Shown piece after piece: positions 1 to 9,760 of a stretch of 64,000 nucleotides of DNA. The notes beneath the pieces were generated by a model that saw only the letters and a list, made by a program, of their open reading frames with translations, had not been told where the DNA came from and made no database searches. Made by a program: the position numbers and the translations under genes. The stretch comes from an uncultured Bacteroidota bacterium. Lineage in GTDB: Bacteria; Bacteroidota; Bacteroidia; JADZBD01. Where the stretch lies: positions 10,507 to 74,506 of the forward strand of contig CALEYQ010000071.1 in assembly GCA_937924855.1 (NCBI GenBank), given 5' to 3'. Position 1 is the stretch's first letter. Every line of letters begins with the position of its first letter.

Positions 1-328
1 TCAGGTCGGAAAATTTTATGCAGGACTCCTGCACGAGGCCCAATTGCTGGATCCGGTAATGAGAGATATAGAAGCCTTCCTTATCTCAACCCAGGAAAAA
101 GTAAGTGGAAAAGTTTTTCTTGAACTTCATCCCTGGCGGTTTTTCCTTACCGGCATCTCCAGTCCCTTCGACCTTATGCAAACCCGGTTTGGTTCCTACG
201 GGGAAACTAACAAAGGATTTTCCGGCGAAGATGTGAAAGGTTTTACCGCCATTCTCGGAAATCAAATCCGGATGGCATGTAGCCTGAATAATTCAATCAA
301 TGAAAAAAAGGAAGTCTATGAAGCATAA
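1..328 (+). CDS. argG: argininosuccinate synthase, C-terminal fragment (5' end outside window)
   Basis: Open frame from position 2 to the TAA at 326-328, translating QVGKFYAGLLHEAQLL...EKKEVYEA. Its position directly upstream of argC in an arg operon and weak similarity to the ArgG C-terminus support the call. This is an inference from context. Confidence 0.55.
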   Translation, partial: QVGKFYAGLLHEAQLLDPVMRDIEAFLISTQEKVSGKVFLELHPWRFFLTGISSPFDLMQTRFGSYGETNKGFSGEDVKGFTAILGNQIRMACSLNNSINEKKEVYEA

Positions 329-1292
329 AATAAAAGCAGGCATCATCGGCGGCAGCGGATATACAGGAGGGGAATTAATCCGTCTCTTGCTTAGCCACCC
401 TTCCCTTGAAATTTCCTTTGTGGTCTCTCCCTCCCATGCCGGAAATCCGGTAGCCTCTCTGCACCCCGATCTGGAAGGTTCCTGCTTTCTGAATTTCAGC
501 GAATATCAGGAACAGCCTGCCGATGTAATTTTCCTTTGTCTCCCGCATGGGAAAGCCGGAGAATGGCTGCAACAAAACGCCCTTTCGCCGGAAACAAAAA
601 TTATTGACCTCAGCTCCGATTTCAGGTGGAAAGCTGAAAGACAGACAGCTTTTGTGTATGGCCTGCCCGAACTTCAGGGAAAGAAAATTGCGGACGCATC
701 TGCCATTGCTAATCCGGGTTGTTTTGCCACCGCCATTCAGCTTTGTCTGCTCCCGTTATGGAAAGCCGGATTTGGAACCGAAGAAATTTATTGTACGGGA
801 ATAACCGGAAGTACAGGAGCCGGAAAAGATCTGTCGGAGACGGGACATTATTCCTGGCGGACAAATAATATTTCTCCTTATAAAGTACTGGACCACCAGC
901 ATCTGGATGAAATAAAGGCAACGGGGGAAAATATTTTCGGTATCCGTCCCTCGATTCATTTTGTGCCCTGGCGGGGTAATTTTTCAAGAGGCATTTTTGT
1001 TTCCTGCACCCTTTCCTTTCCGGGCGGAAAACAGGAAGCGGAGGCTTTGTTCCGTTCTTTTTATGCAGAAGCACCTTTCGTGAAAATTTCCCAGTCTATC
1101 GTTTGTCTGAAACAAGCGGTTAACACCAACAATGCTTTTCTTTCTTTCGATGTATCCGGGGGAAAGCTGGTGGCGCATGCCGCTATCGACAATCTGCTGA
1201 AAGGTGCATCCGGACAAGCGGTTCAGAACATGAACCTGATGTTCGGCCTTCCGGAAGAATGCGGCCTGGTTCTGAAAGCAATGGCCTATTAA
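318..1292 (+). CDS. argC: N-acetyl-gamma-glutamyl-phosphate reductase
   Basis: MKHKIKAGIIGGSGYTGGELIRLL NAD-binding N-terminus, and a catalytic-Cys region ANPGCFATA typical of ArgC. The track start at 300 is possible; the ATG at 318 gives a smaller overlap with argG. Confidence 0.9.
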   Translation: MKHKIKAGIIGGSGYTGGELIRLLLSHPSLEISFVVSPSHAGNPVASLHPDLEGSCFLNFSEYQEQPADVIFLCLPHGKAGEWLQQNALSPETKIIDLSSDFRWKAERQTAFVYGLPELQGKKIADASAIANPGCFATAIQLCLLPLWKAGFGTEEIYCTGITGSTGAGKDLSETGHYSWRTNNISPYKVLDHQHLDEIKATGENIFGIRPSIHFVPWRGNFSRGIFVSCTLSFPGGKQEAEALFRSFYAEAPFVKISQSIVCLKQAVNTNNAFLSFDVSGGKLVAHAAIDNLLKGASGQAVQNMNLMFGLPEECGLVLKAMAY

Positions 1293-1307
1293 ATAAAAAT
1301 CAAACGC

Positions 1308-2483
1308 ATGAAACTATTCGATGTTTACACAAGATTAAACCTGGAGCTTGAAAGTGCAAGAGGTTCTTATGTTTATGATACCCATAACAAACCTTACCTG
1401 GACCTTTACGGAGGTCATGCCGTTATCAGCATAGGTCATAACCATCCGCATTGGGTGAACCGTCTGCTGTCCCAGATGGGAAAAATCTCGTACTACTCCA
1501 ATTCGGTACGCTTGAAAATTCAGGATGAGCTGGCCCAAAAACTCGGACGGGTTGCAGGACGGGATACCTTTCAGTTGTTTCTTTGCAACAGCGGAGCCGA
1601 GGCCAATGAAAATGCCCTCAAACTGGCATCTTTTCATACGGGAAAATCGAAAGTGGTTTCCTTTTCCTCATCCTTTCATGGGCGCACTTCACTGGCACTT
1701 GCCGCCGGCGATTGCGAAGCCTATACAGCCCCCGTAAATAAATCGGATCGGATAATACGCCTCCCTTTTAATGATACCGACGCATTGGCGCGCTGTTTTT
1801 CTGATTCGGGAAAAGACATTGCAGCTGTAATCATTGAGCCCATTCAGGGCGTTGGTGGGATCCGGGTTGCGGAACCGGAATTTCTTTCCACCATCCGGAA
1901 TTTGTGTGATGAATACGGATCTGTTTTTATTTCCGACGAAGTGCAATGCGGATTTGGAAGAAGCGGGAAGTTTTTTGCCCTTGACCATGCCGGGGTGGAC
2001 GCAGATATTTATTCCATGGCCAAAGGAATGGGCAATGGGTTTCCCGTGGGTGGCTTGCTTATTTCACCTCAGATAAAACCGGTAATGAATCAGTTGGGAA
2101 CCACATTCGGAGGAAACCCCATGGCCTGTGCGGCTTCATTGGCGGTTTTGGAAGTAATGGAAGCCGAAAATCTGATGGATAATGCCCGGCAAAAGGGAGA
2201 TTACCTGATGGATGCGCTCAGACAAATGCCTGAGCTGGAGAATGTGCGGGGGAAGGGGCTCATGATAGGATTTGATCTTCCTTCTGAAGTGCCGGGAATA
2301 AAAAAGGACCTCAGGGAGAAATACAGGGTTCTTACCGGAGAAGCCGGGAATAATGTAATCCGGATTCTGCCCCCACTGAACCTGGAACAAAAGGATGCCG
2401 AGAAATTTTTAATCGGACTTCGGTCTGCGCTGTCAGAAAATAAATTCTTTAAAAAAACAGTAAAACAGAAAGCCCATGCATAG
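1308..2483 (+). CDS. argD: acetylornithine aminotransferase (class III PLP aminotransferase)
   Basis: Class-III aminotransferase motifs (LCNSGAEANENALKLA, DEVQCGFGRSGKFFA), sited between argC and argF'. Confidence 0.88.
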   Translation: MKLFDVYTRLNLELESARGSYVYDTHNKPYLDLYGGHAVISIGHNHPHWVNRLLSQMGKISYYSNSVRLKIQDELAQKLGRVAGRDTFQLFLCNSGAEANENALKLASFHTGKSKVVSFSSSFHGRTSLALAAGDCEAYTAPVNKSDRIIRLPFNDTDALARCFSDSGKDIAAVIIEPIQGVGGIRVAEPEFLSTIRNLCDEYGSVFISDEVQCGFGRSGKFFALDHAGVDADIYSMAKGMGNGFPVGGLLISPQIKPVMNQLGTTFGGNPMACAASLAVLEVMEAENLMDNARQKGDYLMDALRQMPELENVRGKGLMIGFDLPSEVPGIKKDLREKYRVLTGEAGNNVIRILPPLNLEQKDAEKFLIGLRSALSENKFFKKTVKQKAHA

Positions 2484-3429
2484 TTTTTTCTCGGCGGAAG
2501 ATGCCGAACCGGTTTCGGATTTATTGGCAGAAGCACTTGCGCTTAAATCCGGCAAAAAGAAAACTCTTCCCAAAAAAGGGAAAAGAATGGGATTGATTTT
2601 TTTGAATCCTAGTCTTAGAACCCGACTCAGTACGCAATTGGCTGCCAGAGATCTGGGGATGGAGGTTTTTTGTTTTGAACCCGGTAAAGATGGATGGTCT
2701 CTTGAATATGAAGACGAAGTAATCATGAATGGAATTACTTCCGAGCATATCCGTGAAGCGGCCGGAGTGCTGGGTAAGTACTTCGATTGCCTGGGTATAC
2801 GGGCATTTCCCGGTTTGAAAAACAAAGCGGAGGATCAATCCGAGAAAATTTTCCGGGCCTTTGAGAAATATGCCGGGGTTCCCATAGTAAATCTTGAATC
2901 AGCAACACTGCATCCTTTGCAAAGCTTTGCCGACCTGATAACGATTTCAGAAACCTGGAAAGCCAAAAGCGGCAAAGGGAAACCCAAAGTGGTGCTTACC
3001 TGGGCACCGCATTGCAAAGCACTTCCACATTGTGTTGCCCATAGCTTTTCGCAGTGGATGTTAAAATGGGAGGCTTGTGATTTTGTTATTACACACCCGG
3101 AAGGCATGGAGCTGGACGCTTCATTTACGGGAAATGCGCCCTTGGAATATGATCGCAAAAAGGCCCTGGAAGGGGCTGATTTTATCTATGTGAAAAACTG
3201 GTCATCTTTTAAGGATTATGGAAATGTCTTTGAAGGCGGAAAGGACTGGATGTTGAAGAACAGCGACCTAGGGAAAGCGGGCCTCGGATATGTTATGCAT
3301 TGCCTGCCGGTTCGGAGGAATCTGGAATTGTCAGGAGAAATTCTCGATGGAGAAAGAAGTCTGGTTCTTGCCCAGGCCGAAAACAGAATTTGGTCGGCAA
3401 AAACCATTTTAAATAAAATGAACTTTTAA
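2476..3429 (+). CDS. argF: N-acetyl- or N-succinyl-ornithine carbamoyltransferase (ArgF'-type transcarbamylase)
   Basis: MGLIFLNPSLRTRLS carbamoyl-phosphate binding STRTR-like motif and the HCLP motif (VMHCLPVRR). The Bacteroidota-type arg operon context suggests the acyl-ornithine transcarbamylase subfamily. Confidence 0.82.
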   Translation: MHSFFSAEDAEPVSDLLAEALALKSGKKKTLPKKGKRMGLIFLNPSLRTRLSTQLAARDLGMEVFCFEPGKDGWSLEYEDEVIMNGITSEHIREAAGVLGKYFDCLGIRAFPGLKNKAEDQSEKIFRAFEKYAGVPIVNLESATLHPLQSFADLITISETWKAKSGKGKPKVVLTWAPHCKALPHCVAHSFSQWMLKWEACDFVITHPEGMELDASFTGNAPLEYDRKKALEGADFIYVKNWSSFKDYGNVFEGGKDWMLKNSDLGKAGLGYVMHCLPVRRNLELSGEILDGERSLVLAQAENRIWSAKTILNKMNF

Positions 3430-3431
3430 TC

Positions 3432-4244
3432 ATGGAAACTTTATACATCATAAAAGCCGGAGCTGAAATGCTGGATCATCAGGAAAATAGAAAATCCATT
3501 CTTGCTGATTTTTCCAAAATTCCGGGGCTGAAGATTTTTGTGCACGGAGGAGGGAAGGTGGCCACAGAGATCGGGAAAATAATGGGCATTGAATCCGTTT
3601 ATGAAGGCGGAAGAAGAATTACCGGCAAAAAAGACTTAGATCTTGTGGTGCAGGTATATGCCGGCCTGATTAACAAAAACATTGTGGCAGATTTGCAGTT
3701 TCTTTCCTGTAATGCCTTTGGCTTTTCAGGGGCAGACGGCGGTTTGATACCATCCCAGCGGAGAAGTCCCGGGGCTGGTCCTGAGAATTTTGCGGGTGAT
3801 ATTTTGCCGGAAATGATTCCGGTTTCCTCCTGGAAAAAATTTCTCGAGAGCGAATGGGTGCCCGTAGTGGCTCCCATTACCTTTGATCCTGAATTTGGCC
3901 TGCTCAATAGCAATGCCGATGGCGTGGCTTCTGCGCTGGCTCTCGCGCTTTCGCGGTTGTATCGGGTAAAATTGATTTATCTTTTTGATAAGCCGGGAGT
4001 TTTGGATGTGAGCAAAGAAACCGAAACTGTTTTCCCGGTACTTGAGACCGATGAACTGAGTTTTTTGAAAGAGAAAGGAATTATTTCCGGAGGCATGCTG
4101 CCCAAGCTTCATTACGCATTTCAGGCCCTGGAGGGTGGGGTGGGTGAGGTTTGTCTGGGAGGTGCTGAAAATTTTCAGGAAATGTTAAGATCCGCAGGCG
4201 GAACCCGACTGGTTCTGAAAAAGGAGGTGGGTTATGAATCCTGA
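3432..4244 (+). CDS. argB: acetylglutamate kinase
   Basis: Amino-acid kinase fold with VHGGG motif (KIFVHGGGKVATEIG), in the arg operon. Confidence 0.85.
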   Translation: METLYIIKAGAEMLDHQENRKSILADFSKIPGLKIFVHGGGKVATEIGKIMGIESVYEGGRRITGKKDLDLVVQVYAGLINKNIVADLQFLSCNAFGFSGADGGLIPSQRRSPGAGPENFAGDILPEMIPVSSWKKFLESEWVPVVAPITFDPEFGLLNSNADGVASALALALSRLYRVKLIYLFDKPGVLDVSKETETVFPVLETDELSFLKEKGIISGGMLPKLHYAFQALEGGVGEVCLGGAENFQEMLRSAGGTRLVLKKEVGYES

Positions 4245-5346
4245 GAGTTTTTTGATGAAACTATTGAGCATTCCCTCCTTCAGCGGAAGTGAAGAAAACA
4301 GGGCCCTGTTTCTCGAAACATTTTTTCGGGAAAGGGAAATTTTTTGCGAGCGGATTGGAAATAATGTGATTGCCCAGAGTACAAATTTTGATTCCGGACT
4401 GCCTTCCCTGCTTTTATGTTCTCATATCGATACCGTGCAGCCCGGTGAAAACTGGAGCAGCAATCCCTTTGAACCGGTAATGGATACCGAAAAAATTTCC
4501 GGATTGGGAAGTAACGATGCCGGGGCATCCATGACAGCCCTATTATTTACATTCCTGAAATATTACGACCGCAGGGATTTGCCTTGTAATCTTATTCTGG
4601 CTGCCGTAGCGGAGGAGGAAAACGGCGGAGAAAATGGAATTCCGAAAATTATTTCCCGGCTGGAAAATTTATGCGGCGCTGTGGTGGGTGAGCCTACCCT
4701 GGGGAAGATGGTGGTTTCGGAAAAATCATTGCTGGTGATAGATGCCTTTGTTAAAGGCAGTACCGGACATGCAGCCCATGAAAACGGAATCAATGCTGTG
4801 GAGTTGGCAGCCCAGGACATTGCCCGGCTGCCTGAAATTGAGTTCAACAGGGTTTGTCCCTATAACGGGAAGGTAAAGATATCAGTAACCGGGATTTATT
4901 CACCCAACAAACTGCATAATGTTATTCCTGATTCATGTGAATACACCCTCGACATCCGTTTCCCTGAATTGTATGAACCGGAGGAAATTCTGGAGGTTTT
5001 AAGCCGGCGTTTAACAGCCCGCCTCCAAGCCCGGAAAATCAGACCTCTGCCTCCGGCGGTTTCAGATACTAATCCCCTTCTTCAGGCAGGATTAATGTCG
5101 GGTCTGGAAACAGCGGGTTCAACCACCCTGAGTGATAAATGCAGAATTCCGGTTCCCACCCTGAAAATGGGCCCCGGCGATTCTTTGAGAAGCCACCGGC
5201 CCGATGAATATATTTTGAGGACCGAGCTCCGGGACGGAATTTCCACCTATGAGCTCTGGCTGGAGAATTACTTTTTATTAATGAAACAAAACAAAAAAAC
5301 CGACCATGAAACTCTGGCAAAAGACCAACACTGTTCTGCATCCTGA
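4234..5346 (+). CDS. argE: M20-family metallohydrolase (acetylornithine deacetylase / acyl-ornithine deacylase)
   Basis: M20 peptidase motifs (LLCSHIDTVQPG, GSNDAGASM, EEENGGENG), in the arg operon. Confidence 0.8.
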   Translation: MNPESFLMKLLSIPSFSGSEENRALFLETFFREREIFCERIGNNVIAQSTNFDSGLPSLLLCSHIDTVQPGENWSSNPFEPVMDTEKISGLGSNDAGASMTALLFTFLKYYDRRDLPCNLILAAVAEEENGGENGIPKIISRLENLCGAVVGEPTLGKMVVSEKSLLVIDAFVKGSTGHAAHENGINAVELAAQDIARLPEIEFNRVCPYNGKVKISVTGIYSPNKLHNVIPDSCEYTLDIRFPELYEPEEILEVLSRRLTARLQARKIRPLPPAVSDTNPLLQAGLMSGLETAGSTTLSDKCRIPVPTLKMGPGDSLRSHRPDEYILRTELRDGISTYELWLENYFLLMKQNKKTDHETLAKDQHCSAS

Positions 5347-6616
5347 AGTTGAAAAATTTACCGTAGGCAAGGACAGGTACTTTGACAAATATCTTGTATT
5401 GTATGATCTGGAAGCCGGCAGGGCACATGCAAACATGTTGTGTTCCTGTGGATTTTTGACGACCACGGAACGGGAAAAAATAATTTCCTTACTTGAAAGG
5501 CTAAAGGAAAAATCCTCCTTGCAGGGTTTTGAAATTCCGGAAGCGTTTGAAGACATGCATTCCTGGATCGAAGCGGAATTAATTTCTGAGCTGGGTGATA
5601 CAGGAAAGAAAATTCATACGGCAAGAAGCCGGAACGATCAGGTATTAACTGCCCTCAAACTATATTACCGGGCTCAATTACTTGAAATTTCCGACAAGGC
5701 AGAGCAGTGGTGCTGCTTGCTGTTGGAGAAATCAGTAACCCATGCAGATGTTTTCATGCCGGGCTTTACGCATTGCCGGCCCGGAATGCCTTCCTCGGCC
5801 GGACTATGGCTTTCTTCCTTTGCTGAAGCTTTGTGTGACGACCTGGAGATGGTAGCAGGAGCCATGGCGATATGCGATAAAAATCCATTAGGAAGCGGTG
5901 CCGGTTATGGAAGTTCATTTCCCATAAGCAGAAAGGAGACAACGGAATACCTGGGTTTTTCTACTTATAATAAAAATTCCCTGCACGCTCAGATGTCCCG
6001 GCAAAAGGTGGAATCGGCTATTGCCTTTGCATTGGCATCGATGGGGCAAACGCTGTCGCGGTTTTCAAGCGACTGCATTCTTTTTTCTGCTCCTGAGTAC
6101 AATATACTTCAGATACCACCCGACTTTTGTACAGGAAGCAGCCTGATGCCAAACAAAAAAAATCCGGATGTTGCGGAACTGATACGGGGTCATAGCAGCC
6201 GGTTGCAATCTCTTCCTCAGGAAATAATTTCACTGTATCATAATCTTCCTTCAGGCTATCACCGGGATTTTCAATTGTCGAAGGAAATAATGATTCCGGC
6301 GCTAAACCGGATTAATCATTGCCTCGACATGGCTTTTCTTTTAACCGGAGGACTGAAGTTTTCTGAAAATATTCTCGAACGGGAAATATATAATCAGGTT
6401 TTTGCGGTGGAAGCCATTTCCGGAAAAGTACAGGGAGGCATGAGTTTCAGGGATGCTTACCGGGAAACCGGTGATGCTATTGAAGAGGGAAAATTTTTAT
6501 TCAAAGGCTCGCCCGTAAAGGCGACTCACGAGGGCAGCACGGGAAATTTATGCCTGCCCGAGCTGAAAGAAGATTTGAAAAGAGTAATGGATAAAATCAG
6601 CAGGAAAAATCAGTAA
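5306..6616 (+). CDS. argH: argininosuccinate lyase
   Basis: MKLWQK N-terminus and fumarate-lyase signature (GSSLMPNKKNPDVAELIRG). It overlaps argE by 41 nt. Confidence 0.9.
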   Translation: MKLWQKTNTVLHPEVEKFTVGKDRYFDKYLVLYDLEAGRAHANMLCSCGFLTTTEREKIISLLERLKEKSSLQGFEIPEAFEDMHSWIEAELISELGDTGKKIHTARSRNDQVLTALKLYYRAQLLEISDKAEQWCCLLLEKSVTHADVFMPGFTHCRPGMPSSAGLWLSSFAEALCDDLEMVAGAMAICDKNPLGSGAGYGSSFPISRKETTEYLGFSTYNKNSLHAQMSRQKVESAIAFALASMGQTLSRFSSDCILFSAPEYNILQIPPDFCTGSSLMPNKKNPDVAELIRGHSSRLQSLPQEIISLYHNLPSGYHRDFQLSKEIMIPALNRINHCLDMAFLLTGGLKFSENILEREIYNQVFAVEAISGKVQGGMSFRDAYRETGDAIEEGKFLFKGSPVKATHEGSTGNLCLPELKEDLKRVMDKISRKNQ

Positions 6617-8511
6617 GCCCGAACATTTTTTCCTTCCATGAAATTAATGAAGGCCCGGTTGGCAACCCGGTTTCCTCCGGGGGTGGGATAGTTTCCGGTA
6701 AAGTACCAGTCGCCCTTATGGTTCGGACAGGAATGGTGGAGTCCTTCAATGCTTTGGTAAATTACCTGTACCTCGGCCGAAATAAACTCCGATTTTAATA
6801 ACTGAGCCACCATGGATGAAACAGCATCGGCGGAGAAAGGCTTATATATTTCTTTTACTACGTTGATGGCCCGGTCGGGATGTTTTTCGTTTTGTTCGCG
6901 GGCCTTTTCAAGAACCTCATCGAGCAGCTCATCCATATTGTTTTGCCGGATCAGCTCAATGGCAGCCTGGAATGCCACAAAATCACCCATCTTGGCCATA
7001 TCTATGCCGTAGCAATCGGGGTATCGTATTTGCGGAGCCGAGGAAACAATTACTATTTTTTTCGGTCCGAGCCGGTCGAGAATGCGGAGAATACTTTGCT
7101 TTAAGGTTGTGCCACGTACAATGCTGTCGTCAATCACCACCAGATTATCAACCCCGGGCTTAACAATTCCGTAAGTGGTATCGTAAACGTGGGCTACCAG
7201 ATCATCCCGGTGCGAATCGTCGGTAATAAAAGTTCTCAGCTTGGCATCCTTGATGGCAATCTTTTCGATGCGTGGGCGCATAGCCAGGATGCGCATCATG
7301 TTATCGTCAACTTTCTGAGATCCCAGTTTCAGAATTTCGTGCTTCTGAATAACATTGAGGTGAGAATATAAACCTTCAATGAGTCCGTTGAAAGCTACTT
7401 CAGCCGTATTGGGTATGAAAGAAAACACAGTGTTCTCAAGGTCGTAATCGATAGATTTTAGTACCGCCGGGGTAAGGTATCGACCCAGATTTTTTCTTTC
7501 CCGGTAAATATCGCTGTCGTTGCCACGACTGAAATAAATCCGTTCGAAGCTGCATGATTTTTTTTCGCCGGGAGTATTGATCATTTCCTCACTTACCTTT
7601 CCGTTTTTCCTGATAATAAGCGCATGGCCCGGAGTAATTTCTTTAATATCGTTAAGCTGGACGTTGAAACAGGTTTGAATGGCAGGTCTTTCAGAAGTAA
7701 CCACAACCACTTCATCGTCGGCATAATAAAAAGCAGGTCTGATGCCATTGGGATCGCGAAGTACAAAAGCATCTCCATGTCCTATCATTCCGGCCATGGC
7801 ATATCCCCCGTCGAACTTGCGGGAGGCATTTTTTAAAATTTCGGGAATGTTGAGGTTATCGCCGATAAGACCGGAAATTTCCTGATTGGAAAAATTTTTA
7901 TCCTTGAACTGACGGAATAATTTTTCGTTTTCTTCATCCAGAAAATGCCCGATTTTTTCCATTACGGTTACCGTATCGGTTTTTTCTCTTGGGTATTGGC
8001 CGAGCTCTACGAGTTTGTCGAAGAGTTCTTCTACATTGGTAAGGTTAAAATTCCCTGCCACGGCCAGGTTCCGGGTTTTCCAGTTGTTCTGGCGAAGGAA
8101 AGGATGACAGGCTTCCATGGTGTTTTTTCCATAGGTGCCGTAGCGGAGATGTCCGAGCAAAAGTTCACCCACAAAGGGTGCATGTTTTTTCAGCCATTCC
8201 GGCTGCCGGGATTTTTCGGGTTTGTTTTTTCTCAGTTCTTCAAACTTCCCGTTTATTTTGGAAAAAATTTCGTGGATGGCATTGGCACCCACGGCACGAT
8301 GCCGGTGAATATAACGTGTGCCGGGTTTCAGATCGAGTTTAATCGTGGCAACTCCTGCACCATCCTGGCCACGGTTATGTTGCTTCTCCATCAGGAGATA
8401 CAATTTTTTAAGGCCGTAATAGGGAGTGCCGTATTTATCGGCGTAATAAGAAACGGGTTTAAGAAGCCTGATAAGGGCTATACCGCATTCATGTTTAATA
8501 GCATCACTCAT
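6610..8511 (-). CDS. purF: amidophosphoribosyltransferase (class II glutamine amidotransferase)
   Basis: MSDAIKHECGIALIR, with the N-terminal Cys nucleophile after Met removal, and a PRTase motif (LVVIDDSIVRGTTL). The stop overlaps the argH stop by 7 nt, convergent. Confidence 0.9.
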   Translation of the reverse strand: MSDAIKHECGIALIRLLKPVSYYADKYGTPYYGLKKLYLLMEKQHNRGQDGAGVATIKLDLKPGTRYIHRHRAVGANAIHEIFSKINGKFEELRKNKPEKSRQPEWLKKHAPFVGELLLGHLRYGTYGKNTMEACHPFLRQNNWKTRNLAVAGNFNLTNVEELFDKLVELGQYPREKTDTVTVMEKIGHFLDEENEKLFRQFKDKNFSNQEISGLIGDNLNIPEILKNASRKFDGGYAMAGMIGHGDAFVLRDPNGIRPAFYYADDEVVVVTSERPAIQTCFNVQLNDIKEITPGHALIIRKNGKVSEEMINTPGEKKSCSFERIYFSRGNDSDIYRERKNLGRYLTPAVLKSIDYDLENTVFSFIPNTAEVAFNGLIEGLYSHLNVIQKHEILKLGSQKVDDNMMRILAMRPRIEKIAIKDAKLRTFITDDSHRDDLVAHVYDTTYGIVKPGVDNLVVIDDSIVRGTTLKQSILRILDRLGPKKIVIVSSAPQIRYPDCYGIDMAKMGDFVAFQAAIELIRQNNMDELLDEVLEKAREQNEKHPDRAINVVKEIYKPFSADAVSSMVAQLLKSEFISAEVQVIYQSIEGLHHSCPNHKGDWYFTGNYPTPGGNRVANRAFINFMEGKNVRAY

Positions 8512-8575
8512 TGATTGCTCCGAAGCGGGGTAAAGTTACGGATTTTTGAGCCCGGGGAAAAGGAGTTATCCAATT

Positions 8576-9760
8576 TTATTCACCCCTCTTTGAGAGGTAA
8601 ACATGGACAAATGCCTTATTTTTATCTTTGAGGAGCGCTTTTTTATCGTTGAGCATATCAGGCGCCTTAAGAAGGTCCATTTTTTGATCATCGGCTTGAA
8701 AGGAAAACCACTGAAAACCGGTTTCAGGCCGTTGGGCAAGTTCGTTTTTAGCCTGGATAGAAAAGATCTCCACCTCTGAAAAACCTGTTTTTTTACGGAT
8801 AATCAATCCGGTCAAGTCATCAAAAATCGAATGTTTCGATTCCTGGTAGGAGGCTTTTAAAAGAGATTCCAGATTGGTTTTTTTAAGGTTCAGCAATCCT
8901 TTTAAGGCATGCAGGGAGCCGCCTATTCCCTCCTGGGTGCTTTGCAGGATTATGAGGTAATTCCAATCTTGAATTTTTTCCAGGGAAAGGGCCATCGGAA
9001 TAATTCCCTCCGGGATAAAAAGATCTAATGTTATCTCCGGAATTTGATGATTTAATTTTTCAGCCGAAGGAAAATAAGATTGTTGAATCAAGCCTGCATA
9101 AACAATACTTTCCTGAAGCTGGTTGTTTTTATTTTCTACAATATGTTGCTGTCGGGTTAGTTCGTGACTTTGATTTTTTAGGATCGTGTTTGTTTTTTTT
9201 CGATGTAGAAAAGTCTTTATCCCAACCAGTACAATTCCTATGCTTAGGCAAAGGGCCAGCAACAGACTGGCAGACACCCACCTTTTTTTTCGGATATTAT
9301 CTTCATTTATGGAGGAGTTAAAGGCTAAAATATTTTTTTCTTTTTCCAACAGCAGTATGTCCTGTTTTTTCTTTTCCAATTCAAGATTTTTCCTGAGTTT
9401 TTCAATTAGCACTCTGTTTTTTTGTTGCTCTAACGAATCCTGATCTTCCCTGGCTTTTTCACCGAAATAAATATACATGGCAAATTGTTTATCCATCAGG
9501 TAAATTTGGGAAAGGAGGAGGCAGGATTTGATTTTTAATTCCCTGTTACCTAATGAATCGGCCAGGTTAAAAGCCTTGTTTCCAACCGCAAGAGCTTTTT
9601 CTGTTTCTTTGCCATTGGCAAAATTTTGTGCCTGTGTAAGCCATGCCGCAATGTCGACGGAGTCCTTACTATCCGATGGCCCCTGTAGGGTGTTCGCCGA
9701 CACAACCGGTTGAGGAAGGAAACTAAGGAGAATAAAAAACCAATTCCTTATGGTCTTCAT
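8576..9760 (-). CDS. membrane protein, degenerate SpoIIE/PP2C-like paralog (predicted pseudophosphatase): signal peptide, TPR-like region, coiled coil, TM helix, C-terminal PP2C-like domain lacking catalytic Asp motifs
   Basis: Signal peptide MKTIRNWFFILLSFLPQPVVSA, a coiled-coil K/E region and TM helix ASLLLALCLSIGIVLVGI. The C-terminus aligns with the neighbouring PP2C domains (IQQSYFPS vs LQKSFLPD), but GDFY is replaced by PEGIIP and DCTGHG by QSTQEG. It overlaps the upstream paralog by 4 nt. Confidence 0.6.
   Translation of the reverse strand: MKTIRNWFFILLSFLPQPVVSANTLQGPSDSKDSVDIAAWLTQAQNFANGKETEKALAVGNKAFNLADSLGNRELKIKSCLLLSQIYLMDKQFAMYIYFGEKAREDQDSLEQQKNRVLIEKLRKNLELEKKKQDILLLEKEKNILAFNSSINEDNIRKKRWVSASLLLALCLSIGIVLVGIKTFLHRKKTNTILKNQSHELTRQQHIVENKNNQLQESIVYAGLIQQSYFPSAEKLNHQIPEITLDLFIPEGIIPMALSLEKIQDWNYLIILQSTQEGIGGSLHALKGLLNLKKTNLESLLKASYQESKHSIFDDLTGLIIRKKTGFSEVEIFSIQAKNELAQRPETGFQWFSFQADDQKMDLLKAPDMLNDKKALLKDKNKAFVHVYLSKRGE

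Noticed and set aside
375-1217. Multiple 60-120-aa antisense or alternative-frame ORFs inside argC (375-575, 709-1074, 756-959, 984-1217); similar nested ORFs occur throughout the window inside long CDSs
   Set aside because: Each is fully contained within a strongly supported gene on the other strand or in another frame, and none has a recognisable motif. They are typical spurious six-frame ORFs.
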